The notes: generated by a model not told the origin, from the sequence alone. A DNA stretch of 64,000 nucleotides from Methanomassiliicoccaceae archaeon UBA404 (GCA_002498605.1 DAHY01000009.1:22971-86970); one strand, 5' to 3'. Shown: positions 36,531 through 46,088, numbered from the stretch's first letter. Program-made: numbers and translations.

Positions 36531-36646
36531 CCTTACGTTCAGACCTGTCATTCAGTTCTTGTATATAGTATGATTCATAAAAAGTCGGCTTCAGACCGCA
36601 AGAAATGAAAATATTGTAAAAAGTTTAAATTTATACTATAACGGCC

Positions 36647-38425
36647 TCAAACGTTTTCTCTCCAACCCTCTGTTGCGTAATTATCAAGATAATGACTGTG
36701 CGTTAACGGCACCCAGACGGCAACGCTAAGGTCTATATGGCCATATGCCAAACCGGCATACATCGGCCCCACATCACTTTCTTTTAAATTTACCGTGTAC
36801 CCCAATTCTTCCAACAGGTGCATTAACACAGTAGAAGATCCGACGGCGCAGGCCCAATTTACCAATCCGATATCGATGTGACCTCGATTGTTTTTATATT
36901 CAAGATCTCCCAGCCATCGATTCTTGACGGATTCGTTTTTGTCAAGCCACATTTCCGTGGCCCGCTGGACACTTACATCCTCGTCTTCAATGAATGCCAG
37001 CAGATCGTTCAATTCATCGATGGAATATGTATATCTCGATAATAAATCCGCAAGATCCTTATCCGATTCCAGTAGTCCGTTTCTTGTCCAGGATTGAATG
37101 GATTCGGCATCTCCGTAAACACCTAAGTCATCATCCAGGCAGATCATGTCGTATTTTCCTATTGCCCAATGAGGATCCCATAAAGTAACAACGATACAAT
37201 CTTTATTTTTGTATGCGGCATCGAGAGTGGAAAGCATACCAGCTTCCGAACTTGATTGAAGCTTATAATTCAGATCGTAGTATTCTATGGCCGTACCGGT
37301 TATCTCCATGATGCCGGCTCCGGCGTCAATGCCTATGATGGTACCGCCTAACTTATCGTTGTGAGCATTGAGATCCGATATTCCGGTTATTTTCAGTTGG
37401 TTAAAAGTATATTGAGTAATGTACAAACCCATCCCGGCTTCTTTATCGATGACGTTGCCTGCATAGGTTATCGGTTCGGACTCATCACTTTCCAAAAAGA
37501 ATGCACCGGCGCCGACTACAAGCAACATCGCAATTGCAACGGCACCGACTTTCAGAGTTCGGTTTCCGTTCTTGGTTTTTCTTTTCTCGGAACTGAAAGC
37601 CTTCGGTTCGGATTTTGTGAAAGACTGTGTCAATCTGTCTAATGTTACTGCAATCAATACAATGGACAAACCCGCTTCGAATCCTATACCGACATCGATT
37701 CTGCTCAATGCATAAACTATGTCTCCTCCGAGGCCGCCTCCGCCGATCATTGCGGCTATGACCACCATTGACAGCGACAGCATAATGCACTGGTTAATTC
37801 CGGTCATTATCGAAGGCATAGCAATAGGAAGTTGAATTTTGGTCAATTTATGCCATGTTGTGGAACCGAATGCATCTGCAACCTCGTTCATTTCTTCGGG
37901 AACCTGTCTTATGCCAAGATTCGTTAAACGGACAACCGGAGGCATCGCGAATATTACTGTTGCAATAACTCCGGGTACGATTCCCAGTCCAAAGAATATC
38001 ACTGCCGGAATCAAATAGACAAAAGCCGGCATTGTCTGCATAAAGTCCATCAGAGCTTTGACGAAAGAATTGGATTTTTCGCTTCCCGAAGCCCAAATAC
38101 CCAAAGGTATGGCAAGGACAACCGCCACTATCGTGGAAACGATGACCATGTTGAGTGTGATCATCGAACTTTCCCAGTAACCCATGTAATAAATAAGATA
38201 AAACGAAGCTCCGATAAATAACGGCATCACTAAACGTTTTGTTATCAAAACCGAGATGAATATCAGAATTATGATAAACACCAAAGGATCCGGATAATTG
38301 AGGATATTCCCGATAATCCGAAGAAAGCCGTCTAAAATATTGCTCAGAAGGTTTAACAGGCCTCCGAGATAAGTTTCAATCCAATCCACTGCGAATTCTG
38401 CCGCTTTTCCTATTACGGAAGTCAT
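36647..38425 (-). CDS. opuABC: glycine betaine/osmolyte ABC transporter, fused permease and substrate-binding domain (OpuABC-type)
   Basis: The N-terminal half is a TM permease with an ABC EAA-like loop. The C-terminal half is a periplasmic-binding-protein-like domain (WDPHWA, GLVNWAC). Confidence 0.8.
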   Translation of the reverse strand: MTSVIGKAAEFAVDWIETYLGGLLNLLSNILDGFLRIIGNILNYPDPLVFIIILIFISVLITKRLVMPLFIGASFYLIYYMGYWESSMITLNMVIVSTIVAVVLAIPLGIWASGSEKSNSFVKALMDFMQTMPAFVYLIPAVIFFGLGIVPGVIATVIFAMPPVVRLTNLGIRQVPEEMNEVADAFGSTTWHKLTKIQLPIAMPSIMTGINQCIMLSLSMVVIAAMIGGGGLGGDIVYALSRIDVGIGFEAGLSIVLIAVTLDRLTQSFTKSEPKAFSSEKRKTKNGNRTLKVGAVAIAMLLVVGAGAFFLESDESEPITYAGNVIDKEAGMGLYITQYTFNQLKITGISDLNAHNDKLGGTIIGIDAGAGIMEITGTAIEYYDLNYKLQSSSEAGMLSTLDAAYKNKDCIVVTLWDPHWAIGKYDMICLDDDLGVYGDAESIQSWTRNGLLESDKDLADLLSRYTYSIDELNDLLAFIEDEDVSVQRATEMWLDKNESVKNRWLGDLEYKNNRGHIDIGLVNWACAVGSSTVLMHLLEELGYTVNLKESDVGPMYAGLAYGHIDLSVAVWVPLTHSHYLDNYATEGWRENV

Positions 38426-39816
38426 TCGGTTACGCCTCCGTTAAGAGTATCGGCCGCCACGGAGGGACTCACGGTTCCCAGGAAAAGACCCGTATCGGAT
38501 ACTACTGGTATGGGGAAATCGGTAGTAACCATAATCTGGATAACATCACTCATAGGAGCATCGGGACCGACAGTCGGCATTTCCACGACTATGTCCGATA
38601 AATCCTGTTCTCCGGCTTTTACGGCTCGAAGAACATCGTCCGATTCCACCCGGCCCAAGAAACGGTTATGTCTGTCAATAACAAGCATGTCGTTTCTGTC
38701 AAGACGATCCATTATTCTCAGTGCGGTTCTCGGTCCCTGGGTAACATACAGCAGGTTTCTGGGTCTTCTCATGAATATTTCGGCGGTAAGAACCTTTGTT
38801 CTGTCGACTTCCTTTACGAAACGGCTTACGTATTCGTCGGCAGGATTCTGAAGTATGTCTTCGGCCCGGCCGATTTGAACGATTTTACCGTCTTTCATCA
38901 AAGCGATACGGTCTCCGAGCTTCAGGGCCTCATCCAGATCGTGTGTGACGAATAAAACGGTTTTACCGAGTTTCGATTGAATTTTTACGATCTCGTCCTG
39001 CATATCATTACGTATCAAAGGATCCAATGCACTGAACGCTTCATCCATGAACAGGATGTCGGGATCGGTAGCCAACGCGCGGGCCAATCCCACTCTCTGT
39101 TTCATGCCTCCGCTAAGGTCGGAAGGCATGCTTTCTTCGTATCCCGCAAGTCCGACCAAATCTATTGCTTCTTTGGATTTCTCAAGACGTTTTGCTTCAG
39201 GCACGCCCTGCATCTCCAATCCGTATGCAACGTTATTGATAACGTTCCTGTGGGGTATCAGTGCAAAATTCTGGAATACCATGGACATTTTCTTTCTTCT
39301 TGCAATGCGGAGATCATTCTCGTCAAGAGCAGTGAAATCCAATCCGTCTATTATGACACGGCCGGAGGTAGGTTCAATCAAACGATTCATACAGCGTTCC
39401 AAAGTTGACTTTCCTGAACCGGAAAGTCCCATCAAAACGAAAATTTCGCCTTCCAGAATATTAAAAGAGACGTCGTAGAGCCCAACATTATGAGATGTTC
39501 TGTTCTGAACTTCTTCTTTGTCATACCCCCTTTCAAGGAGTTTGAGGGCTTCTTCGGGACGCCGTCCGTAAATTTTGGATAAATTTTGAACCTGTATCAT
39601 AATGCGGTTGCCTTCGGAATCTACCGGAGTCTCCGCTCCCGCAAAGATATCCTCGGCGGTACGTCCTTCTTTTCTGACGGGACGGTATTTTTTTGTGAGG
39701 TTTTTGACGGAACCCTTTACCCGGACTCCGATCTTATGCATATTTGTTGATAAAGCCTCATTGAACTTGTCATCCAAGGCCTTAATCGGTCTTTTTGTTG
39801 TTATCTTTGAGGACAT
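38422..39816 (-). CDS. opuAA: glycine betaine/osmolyte ABC transporter ATPase with tandem C-terminal CBS domains (OpuAA/ProV)
   Basis: GLSGSGKST, LSGGMKQR, DEAFSALD and a C-terminal CBS pair. The canonical N-terminus would start at Met73 (39600, MIQVQNLSKIYG), so the 72-aa extension is doubtful. Confidence 0.9.
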   Translation of the reverse strand: MSSKITTKRPIKALDDKFNEALSTNMHKIGVRVKGSVKNLTKKYRPVRKEGRTAEDIFAGAETPVDSEGNRIMIQVQNLSKIYGRRPEEALKLLERGYDKEEVQNRTSHNVGLYDVSFNILEGEIFVLMGLSGSGKSTLERCMNRLIEPTSGRVIIDGLDFTALDENDLRIARRKKMSMVFQNFALIPHRNVINNVAYGLEMQGVPEAKRLEKSKEAIDLVGLAGYEESMPSDLSGGMKQRVGLARALATDPDILFMDEAFSALDPLIRNDMQDEIVKIQSKLGKTVLFVTHDLDEALKLGDRIALMKDGKIVQIGRAEDILQNPADEYVSRFVKEVDRTKVLTAEIFMRRPRNLLYVTQGPRTALRIMDRLDRNDMLVIDRHNRFLGRVESDDVLRAVKAGEQDLSDIVVEMPTVGPDAPMSDVIQIMVTTDFPIPVVSDTGLFLGTVSPSVAADTLNGGVTE

Positions 39817-40095
39817 TATTTGTCATCTCCGAAATTCGAACAATGTTCGGTACCGATTTCTTAAGCGCATACGCTGAAGAAATCCAACAATGTTAGTCGC
39901 AGGATCAACCCACGGATTGAATTCCATGGGGATTTCTTAGCGTATGAGCGGACGGGCACCCGTATTGTGCGGGATGCGGAGCGTCCTATTTTCTGATCGG
40001 CACGAATCTGCTCCGAACTCAGGACGCAAACAGATACAGAATACCTGTTTTCGTCAAGGCGTGCTTTGCCACACTCAGCATCATATATAAATTAT
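39817..40095 (-). promoter_or_regulatory. promoter plus long structured 5' leader of the opuA operon
   Basis: A minus-strand TATA (ATTTATATAT) lies at ~40084-40092. A 17/18-nt inverted repeat spans 39868-39885 / 39930-39946. Two AACAATGTT palindromes lie at 39839 and 39886. Confidence 0.4.
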
Positions 40096-40253
40096 AGGGT
40101 TTTTTGGTATTTTCGCCGATATTCCGGCTATCCAGTTAAAACAACCGACTTATCGTTATGTGTATATTCAATCGTGATTTGATTTTTGTAAATGTATAAA
40201 ATCCTTATTTTCTCGCATTAATTTTTAATTGCGTTAAACGTATTAACAGACGT

Positions 40254-40323
40254 ACGTTGTTTGATGTAATAAAATTGCAGTGAGATAAATCCGGGAATAC
40301 CCAATAAAACGTTGTTTGATGTA
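40254..40323. repeat. two perfect 15-nt direct repeats ACGTTGTTTGATGTA
   Basis: Copies at 40254-40268 and 40309-40323, with starts 55 bp apart, in the AT-rich divergent region. Confidence 0.7.
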
Positions 40324-40493
40324 TTGAATTCATAAAATGTCTTGATTCAATGTCGAATATACTGTCAAATGTACGATTATGAAAATCAACTTAATTCGCG
40401 TATATTTTACGTTAAAAGCAGTGAATGAGTAAATTTAATACGAAAATCGTAGAATAGTTGAGTTTATATACAATGAACACGTTAGTATGTTCT

Positions 40494-40696
40494 GAGGTGA
40501 GACCCAATTTCAAAACGCAAAGTAACTAAGATCTGCGGCGAGGACATGAACGGAGTAACGTATCCCTTGGTAGAGAAATGGCCGGTTGGTACCTCTCGAT
40601 GGGATTGATGCTCACATCGTGTCTGTAAGACTCGACTGATGACCGCGACAAACCCCTGCCGCGAGGCAGGGCACTTACCTCCATGGGCTTTTTTCT
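40494..40696 (+). ncRNA. structured RNA candidate (stand-alone sRNA or cis-leader of the QueG-like gene)
   Basis: TATA TTTATATA at 40463-40470. A terminal helix forms between GAGGTGAG (40494-40501) and CTTACCTC (40674-40681). A GNRA hairpin CCCTGCC-GCGA-GGCAGGG lies at 40654-40671, and an oligo-T tract at 40688-40696. Confidence 0.4.
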
Positions 40697-40762
40697 GCAT
40701 ATTGCTTTTTCTGTATGTTCAATCGTAACGATTCAATATAACCGTAACAATCTTTATTTGCT

Positions 40763-41506
40763 ATGGACGAAGGGATTCGTGAGAAAATATCTGAAATATG
40801 GCCGTACTTTACTGTTGCCGATGCCACAGCATGGGATACGGATCCGTTTGTTTCGTCTTTGATTCCGTCTTCGCAAAGACCTAAATCCATATTGCCTTCG
40901 GCCAAATCGGTAATTGTTGTAAGGACTCCGGTGTCTCCGACGATACTGCATACAGCCCCTTCAATCTTTTACAAAGAACATTACAAAACACTCAATATAC
41001 AATTGGATTTGATTGCTCAGCAAATCGCAACCCTTTTGGATGCCGAAGGATTCGATGCCGTTCCGGTTGCCCGGGACGGATATCAAGGCATCAGAGGATT
41101 GAAAGAAGATTCCTCTTCTTTTTTTTCACACCGTCACGCCGCGTACCTTTCCGGATTGGGAACTTTCGGATTGAACAATACCTTATTGACAAAAACCCAT
41201 GGACCCAGAGTCAGACTGACGTCCATAATAACCTCGGCTGAACTGAAACCGGGAACACCGTTGAAGGAAGATATATGCATAAAATGCGGAAAGTGCGTTT
41301 CATCTTGCCCTGCAAATGCTTTGAACGGCGATATGTACCCCGGCGGATTGGATAAAATGTCATGCGTCGGCAGAACCGAAAAACTGGCCGAAAGAGGAAT
41401 CACCCCCTGCGGAATATGCATAGCAGTCTGCCCCATAGGAAAAAGAGTCATTCCGCCTTCCGAAGAATTTGTGAAATCGGTTCAAAAATATGAGCTTAGA
41501 AACTGA
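40763..41506 (+). CDS. epoxyqueuosine-reductase (QueG)-like / reductive-dehalogenase-like 4Fe-4S protein
   Basis: FSHRHAAYLSGLGTFGLNNTLLT...GPRVRL core plus CIKCGKCVSSCP and CGICIAVCP ferredoxin motifs. Confidence 0.65.
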   Translation: MDEGIREKISEIWPYFTVADATAWDTDPFVSSLIPSSQRPKSILPSAKSVIVVRTPVSPTILHTAPSIFYKEHYKTLNIQLDLIAQQIATLLDAEGFDAVPVARDGYQGIRGLKEDSSSFFSHRHAAYLSGLGTFGLNNTLLTKTHGPRVRLTSIITSAELKPGTPLKEDICIKCGKCVSSCPANALNGDMYPGGLDKMSCVGRTEKLAERGITPCGICIAVCPIGKRVIPPSEEFVKSVQKYELRN

Positions 41507-41616
41507 ATTCATGGACAATCGTGTTGTTTTCCATGGACATAACAATTATAAAATTTAGTAAATGAGAATAACAATGATTAATAAGTATTATATAGTATAA
41601 CCAATATGTTATAAAC

Positions 41617-41892
41617 ATGTCTTTGCAGTGGTTTCAAGGTGCCAGTGAGGAAGAATACGCCCTGACTGTCTACAGATTACAGGAGAAATGCGGTTTAACC
41701 TTCAGAGAAGCGATTGCCGTGTTGAACCCCAATCATTTTTTCGGAAGCCTTGCCGAACAATGGGACATAACCAAGGAAGCGGTCCATAACCTCAACAGAC
41801 GCGGATGGGACAAAGTTTGGAACACGGTGGGCGAAGAAAATTGGGATGCCGTTGACGAACTTGTGCCAACTTGTTTCACTCATTCGTTCTAA
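41617..41892 (+). CDS. small hypothetical protein (possible HTH)
   Basis: 91 aa. The LQEKCGLTFREAIAVL segment is HTH-like. It has an AT-rich upstream region and lies next to tRNA-Pro. Confidence 0.4.
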   Translation: MSLQWFQGASEEEYALTVYRLQEKCGLTFREAIAVLNPNHFFGSLAEQWDITKEAVHNLNRRGWDKVWNTVGEENWDAVDELVPTCFTHSF

Positions 41893-41965
41893 AAAAACCA
41901 TAATCGGATGATTATATGTCATATTCGCTTTTTCTCGCGATACTATTACAGGTCTGGAATGGTGA

Positions 41966-42041
41966 TGGTGGGCCCGCCCGGATTTGAACCGGAGTCAATA
42001 GCTCCCGAAGCTACTAGCATACCAAGCTAACCCACGGGCCC
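41966..42041 (-). tRNA. tRNA-Pro (anticodon CGG) with genomically encoded CCA
   Basis: The reverse complement is GGGCCCGTGGGTTAGCTTGGTATGCTAGTAGCTTCGGGAGCTATTGACTCCGGTTCAAATCCGGGCGGGCCCACCA, with anticodon loop TTCGGGA. Confidence 0.9.
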
Positions 42042-42091
42042 AGTGCTCTGATGTATCAGGCACTATGATTAATACATTTGCTTTGAAGACT

Positions 42092-44725
42092 TTACGAGAT
42101 CATATTCCTCAGTACATATTGCAGAATGCCGCCGTTGGACAGATAGTCTATTTCTGCCGGCACATCGGCTCTGCAAACAATCTCAAACTCAAGCTTCTGC
42201 CCTCCGCGGTAAGCGGTGACGGGGACTATGGAACCAGGTTCGATGTCTTCCAGATATATGTCGAAAGTCTCGGTGCCGTCAAGACCCAGAGTCCCGGCGT
42301 TCTGCCCGTCCAAATACTGCAACGGGAAAATACCCATTCCGATAAGATTGGATCTGTGAATTCTTTCGTAGGACTCCGCGATAACGGCTTTTATTCCCAA
42401 CAAAAGAGGCCCTTTGGCCGCCCAGTCTCTGGAGCTTCCCGTGCCGTATTCTTTTCCCGCAAGAACAATCAGCGGAGTTCTGTCTTCGATATATCTTTCG
42501 GAAGTTTCGAATATCGTTCCTTTTTCGTTTTCGGGGAAATAAACGGAATGACTTCCCTCCGAACCGGGAACCAGTTTGTTCTTCAGCCTTATGTTGGCGA
42601 AGGTTCCGCGAACCATAATCTCGTGGTTGGCTCTTCTGGATCCGTAGGAGTTAAAATCTTCTTTCCGTACCCCCCGTTCTTTAAGATAAATTCCCGCATC
42701 GCTGTTTTCGGAGAAAGATCCGGCGGGGGATATGTGATCCGTCGTAATCGTGTCTCCAAGCACCGCAATGCATCTGGCACTCCGTATGTCTTTGATTTCC
42801 GGATCCTCGAATATATCTTCAAAGAACGGCGGTCTGCGTATGTATGTGGATTCTTCGTTCCAATCAAACAACGGCGATTCTTTGTACGGGACCGCGTCCC
42901 ACCTTTCCGAACCTCGGAAGATGTTTTTGTATTCTTTGACAAAAGTTTCGGAGTTAACGTATTCCTTTTGTATTCTTTCCACTTCCCCGTCTTCCGGCCA
43001 GATATCTTTCAGGAAAACCTCTTTGCCTTCGAACATACCCAGAGGTTCGGTTTCAAAGTCGATGTCCACTCTTCCCGCGATGGCATAGGCAATCACCAGC
43101 GGCGGGGAAGCGATATAGTTGGCCTTTACCAAAGCGTGAATCCTTCCTTCGAAATTACGGTTGTTGGACGCAACGGCGGCAACCGCCAAATCATTGTCGA
43201 CAATCTGTTTCGATACTTTCGGGGACAAAGGTCCGCTGTTGCCGATGCAGGTCATGCACCCGTAACCGCATACGTGGAATCCCAGATCTTCCATGTAATT
43301 CAGGAGTCCGGATTTTCTCAGATATTCCGTAACGACCTTTGAACCGGGAGCCAGTGAGGTTTTGACATAATCTTTTTTGGTCAGCCCCAGCATTCTGGCG
43401 TTCTTTGCCAATACTCCCGCGGCAATCATTACTGACGGATTGGCGGTGTTTGTGCATGAAGTGATGGATGCTATTACGACGGAACCGTCTCCCAATTTTT
43501 CCGAAGACGGCATTCTTCTTTTCGGTACGTTCAAATCTTTCAGCGTATCGTTGAAAGCGTCTTTCATCTTTGACAGAGGGATGCGGTCCTGAGGCCTCTT
43601 ATGGCCTGCGAGAGAAGGTTCCACATCGTTCAGGTCAAGTTCCAGAACATCGGTGTATTCGGCTTCGCCGTTGTACCAAAGAGTTTGTTCCTTAGCATAT
43701 TTTTCGATTGTATCGATGTGTTCCGGTTTTCTTCCGGTCAGTTTCAGATACTCTATTGTTTTACTGTCGATGGGACAGAATCCCATGGTGGCCCCGTACT
43801 CGGGAGCCATGTTCGACAGAGTGGAACGGTCCGCCAAATCAAGATTTTCGTAACCGGGACCGCAGAATTCCACGAATTTGCCCACGACGCCTTTTTCTCT
43901 GAGCATCTGTACGCAGGTAAGCACAAGGTCGGTAGCGTTTATGCCCGGCCTCAGTTTGCCTTTGAGTCTGAACCCTATAACATCGGGAAGACTCATGAAA
44001 CTGGGCTGTCCCACCATTACGGCTTCGGCTTCAATACCGCCGACACCCCAGCCCACCACGCCCAGACCATTGATCTGAGGCGTATGGGAATCGGTTCCGA
44101 AACAGGAGTCGGGATAAGCAACGTTACGGCCTTCTTTCTCGGAAAGATGGACCACGGGCGAAAGATATTCGAGATTGACCTGATGACATATCCCGTTGCC
44201 CGGAGGCACAACACGGAAATTTCCGAAAGAATTCTGAGCCCATTTGAACAGTGCGTATCTTTCTTTGTTTCTTTCGAATTCCAACTCTTCGTTCAGATTC
44301 CGGGCTTCCGGTTCTCCGGAGTAATCGGTTTGAACCGAATGGTCTATTACCAAGTCCACGGGAACCAGAGGGTCGATGACTGTGGGGTCCAATCCCATAT
44401 CGGCAACCGAATCCCTCATGGCCGCCAAATCCGCAACGGCGGCACCGCCGGTAAGATCCTGCAACAGTACTCTTGCGGGTATCCACGGCACATCTTCGTC
44501 AGATCTGTTCTTCGGTTTCCACGAAGATGCGGTTATCACGTCTTTGTCGGTGATGGTTTTTCCGTCTCTCTGCCTGAGCATCGATTCAACAATTACTTTG
44601 ATGGAATAGGGCATTTTGGAAAGGTTTTCGATTATACCCTTCTCTTCGAGTTCCCTGAGACTGTAAACATCTATTTCTCCCTCGTCGGTGACGATGGTTC
44701 TGATGCACTTTCCTATCTCTTTCAT
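42092..44725 (-). CDS. acnA: aconitate hydratase A
   Basis: 877 aa with full-length aconitase/IRP architecture. Cluster-ligand regions SCTNT and GCMTCIGNSG are present. Confidence 0.9.
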   Translation of the reverse strand: MKEIGKCIRTIVTDEGEIDVYSLRELEEKGIIENLSKMPYSIKVIVESMLRQRDGKTITDKDVITASSWKPKNRSDEDVPWIPARVLLQDLTGGAAVADLAAMRDSVADMGLDPTVIDPLVPVDLVIDHSVQTDYSGEPEARNLNEELEFERNKERYALFKWAQNSFGNFRVVPPGNGICHQVNLEYLSPVVHLSEKEGRNVAYPDSCFGTDSHTPQINGLGVVGWGVGGIEAEAVMVGQPSFMSLPDVIGFRLKGKLRPGINATDLVLTCVQMLREKGVVGKFVEFCGPGYENLDLADRSTLSNMAPEYGATMGFCPIDSKTIEYLKLTGRKPEHIDTIEKYAKEQTLWYNGEAEYTDVLELDLNDVEPSLAGHKRPQDRIPLSKMKDAFNDTLKDLNVPKRRMPSSEKLGDGSVVIASITSCTNTANPSVMIAAGVLAKNARMLGLTKKDYVKTSLAPGSKVVTEYLRKSGLLNYMEDLGFHVCGYGCMTCIGNSGPLSPKVSKQIVDNDLAVAAVASNNRNFEGRIHALVKANYIASPPLVIAYAIAGRVDIDFETEPLGMFEGKEVFLKDIWPEDGEVERIQKEYVNSETFVKEYKNIFRGSERWDAVPYKESPLFDWNEESTYIRRPPFFEDIFEDPEIKDIRSARCIAVLGDTITTDHISPAGSFSENSDAGIYLKERGVRKEDFNSYGSRRANHEIMVRGTFANIRLKNKLVPGSEGSHSVYFPENEKGTIFETSERYIEDRTPLIVLAGKEYGTGSSRDWAAKGPLLLGIKAVIAESYERIHRSNLIGMGIFPLQYLDGQNAGTLGLDGTETFDIYLEDIEPGSIVPVTAYRGGQKLEFEIVCRADVPAEIDYLSNGGILQYVLRNMIS

Positions 44726-44813
44726 TCTATCTCCCTGCCCGCATTAATACCGCGGAATATAATAAAGAGTCGTAAACGGAAACACGAGAAAGAATATCTT
44801 AAGATGTTTTAAA

Positions 44814-44838
44814 TAAAAAAACCCGGCCCGATTGCCGG
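44814..44838 (-). terminator. hairpin plus U-run after the AhpD-like gene
   Basis: On the minus strand: CCCGGC-aatcgg-GCCGGG followed by TTTTTTT. Confidence 0.5.
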
Positions 44839-44850
44839 GATATTTGAATT

Positions 44851-45252
44851 TCACTTGCCTTCTTCTTCATCCCACTCTTTGAAAAGCTGGACGATTCCCT
44901 TTTTGGCAATGGACCAGCTGGGAACTCCGCCGGTTAGAACGGCGACCTGAACGGCTTCAAGAATCTCGGCTCTGGTGGCGCCGTAGTTCTTCGCCACTTT
45001 GGCCTGTGCGTATACACAGTCGTCGCAGGCTCTCACGCATACGCAGGCGAGAGCTATGAGTCTCTTGGTTTTCATATCCAGGGCTCCCTCGGACAGAATG
45101 GCATCATCCAAATCCCGGATGATATCCACAAAACCCGGAGTGAGGTCCTTTATGGCTTTCAGTGTGTTGGGTGCAAAATCACCCATGATTCTGCGCATTT
45201 CACAAAAAGACGCAGGATCTTTCCTTCCACAAGTTTCATTGTTGTCGGACAT
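44851..45252 (-). CDS. carboxymuconolactone decarboxylase / AhpD-like family protein
   Basis: CMD-family helix pattern with CVRACDDCVYAQ (a CxxC). Confidence 0.8.
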   Translation of the reverse strand: MSDNNETCGRKDPASFCEMRRIMGDFAPNTLKAIKDLTPGFVDIIRDLDDAILSEGALDMKTKRLIALACVCVRACDDCVYAQAKVAKNYGATRAEILEAVQVAVLTGGVPSWSIAKKGIVQLFKEWDEEEGK

Positions 45253-45314
45253 AGTGTGGATATAGACTCGGTTACTTTATGTAATCATCGTAATTAACAG
45301 CATTTAAACTGTTT

Positions 45315-46088
45315 TTATGACAGGCGAAACATTTCTTCGGATACGATTTTTTCAAGAACCTCAAAATTTTCCTTGCGGTTCGAGGCAATAATGGGGCATT
45401 CTTTGTCGTAAGATTCTTTTTCCTTGACGGAACCCACGAATCCTCCCGCCTCTCTTACAATCAAAGCACCGGCGGCAAAATCCCAGGGTTGCAGCGAAGC
45501 CTCGTAGTAAATGTCTATCCTTCCTTCGGCAAGCAGACACAATTCATAAGCCGCGGTACCGAATCTGCGTATGTCCTCGCAGAGGGGAAACATACGTTCC
45601 GAAATCCGGAAACACATGGAAGCCCGTTCTTTTTTGTAAGCGCTCCAGGAAGTGCAGAACATCGAATTGGCAAGGGGCCGGTCCGAAACGTGAATTCTAT
45701 TATTTCCGGAATATGCGCCCTTATCTTTTTCGGCACGGAACATTTCGTCCGTGTAAGGTTGATAGACAAATCCCAGAGCGGGAGTTCCGTTCTCGGTCAA
45801 CGCGACCGATATCGTGCTTACTTTCAGATCTCTGGCATAGTTTGCCGTGCCGTCGATCGGGTCAACGATCCATCTGTATTTTCCTTCGCCTTCTCCGCCG
45901 TCTTCTTCGCCGATAAACGAAGATCCCGGAAGAATTTCCGTTAACTTTTTTCTGAGGAATCTTTCCACCTCGTAATCGGCACTGGTTGCAATATTTTCTC
46001 TGGTTCCTTTGGTTTTTATAATCAGGTTTTCCCGGTTCAGCATAATGTTTCCGGCGGCGCGGATTATTTTTTCGATATCGTCAATCAT
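45315..46088 (-). CDS. suhB: inositol monophosphatase / FBPase-family phosphatase
   Basis: FIGEE and WIVDPIDGTANY metal-binding motifs, plus WDFAAG. Confidence 0.85.
   Translation of the reverse strand: MIDDIEKIIRAAGNIMLNRENLIIKTKGTRENIATSADYEVERFLRKKLTEILPGSSFIGEEDGGEGEGKYRWIVDPIDGTANYARDLKVSTISVALTENGTPALGFVYQPYTDEMFRAEKDKGAYSGNNRIHVSDRPLANSMFCTSWSAYKKERASMCFRISERMFPLCEDIRRFGTAAYELCLLAEGRIDIYYEASLQPWDFAAGALIVREAGGFVGSVKEKESYDKECPIIASNRKENFEVLEKIVSEEMFRLS

Noticed and set aside
40494-40696. TPP or cobalamin riboswitch upstream of the QueG-like gene
   Set aside because: CUGAGGUGAGACCC loosely recalls the thi-box CUGAGA...ACCC, and ...ACCCCUGCC recalls the B12-box end. The rest of each consensus (ACCUGAUCUGGAUAAUGCCAGCG; GCCACUG/AGCCAGGAGACCUGCC) is absent.
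40482-40700. 72-aa minus-strand ORF
   Set aside because: It has no start context and an odd composition, and it coincides with a region better explained by plus-strand RNA structure with a TATA box and oligo-T.
42065-44812. 425-aa and 403-aa plus-strand ORFs opposite aconitase
   Set aside because: Shadows of a full-length, motif-complete acnA on the other strand.
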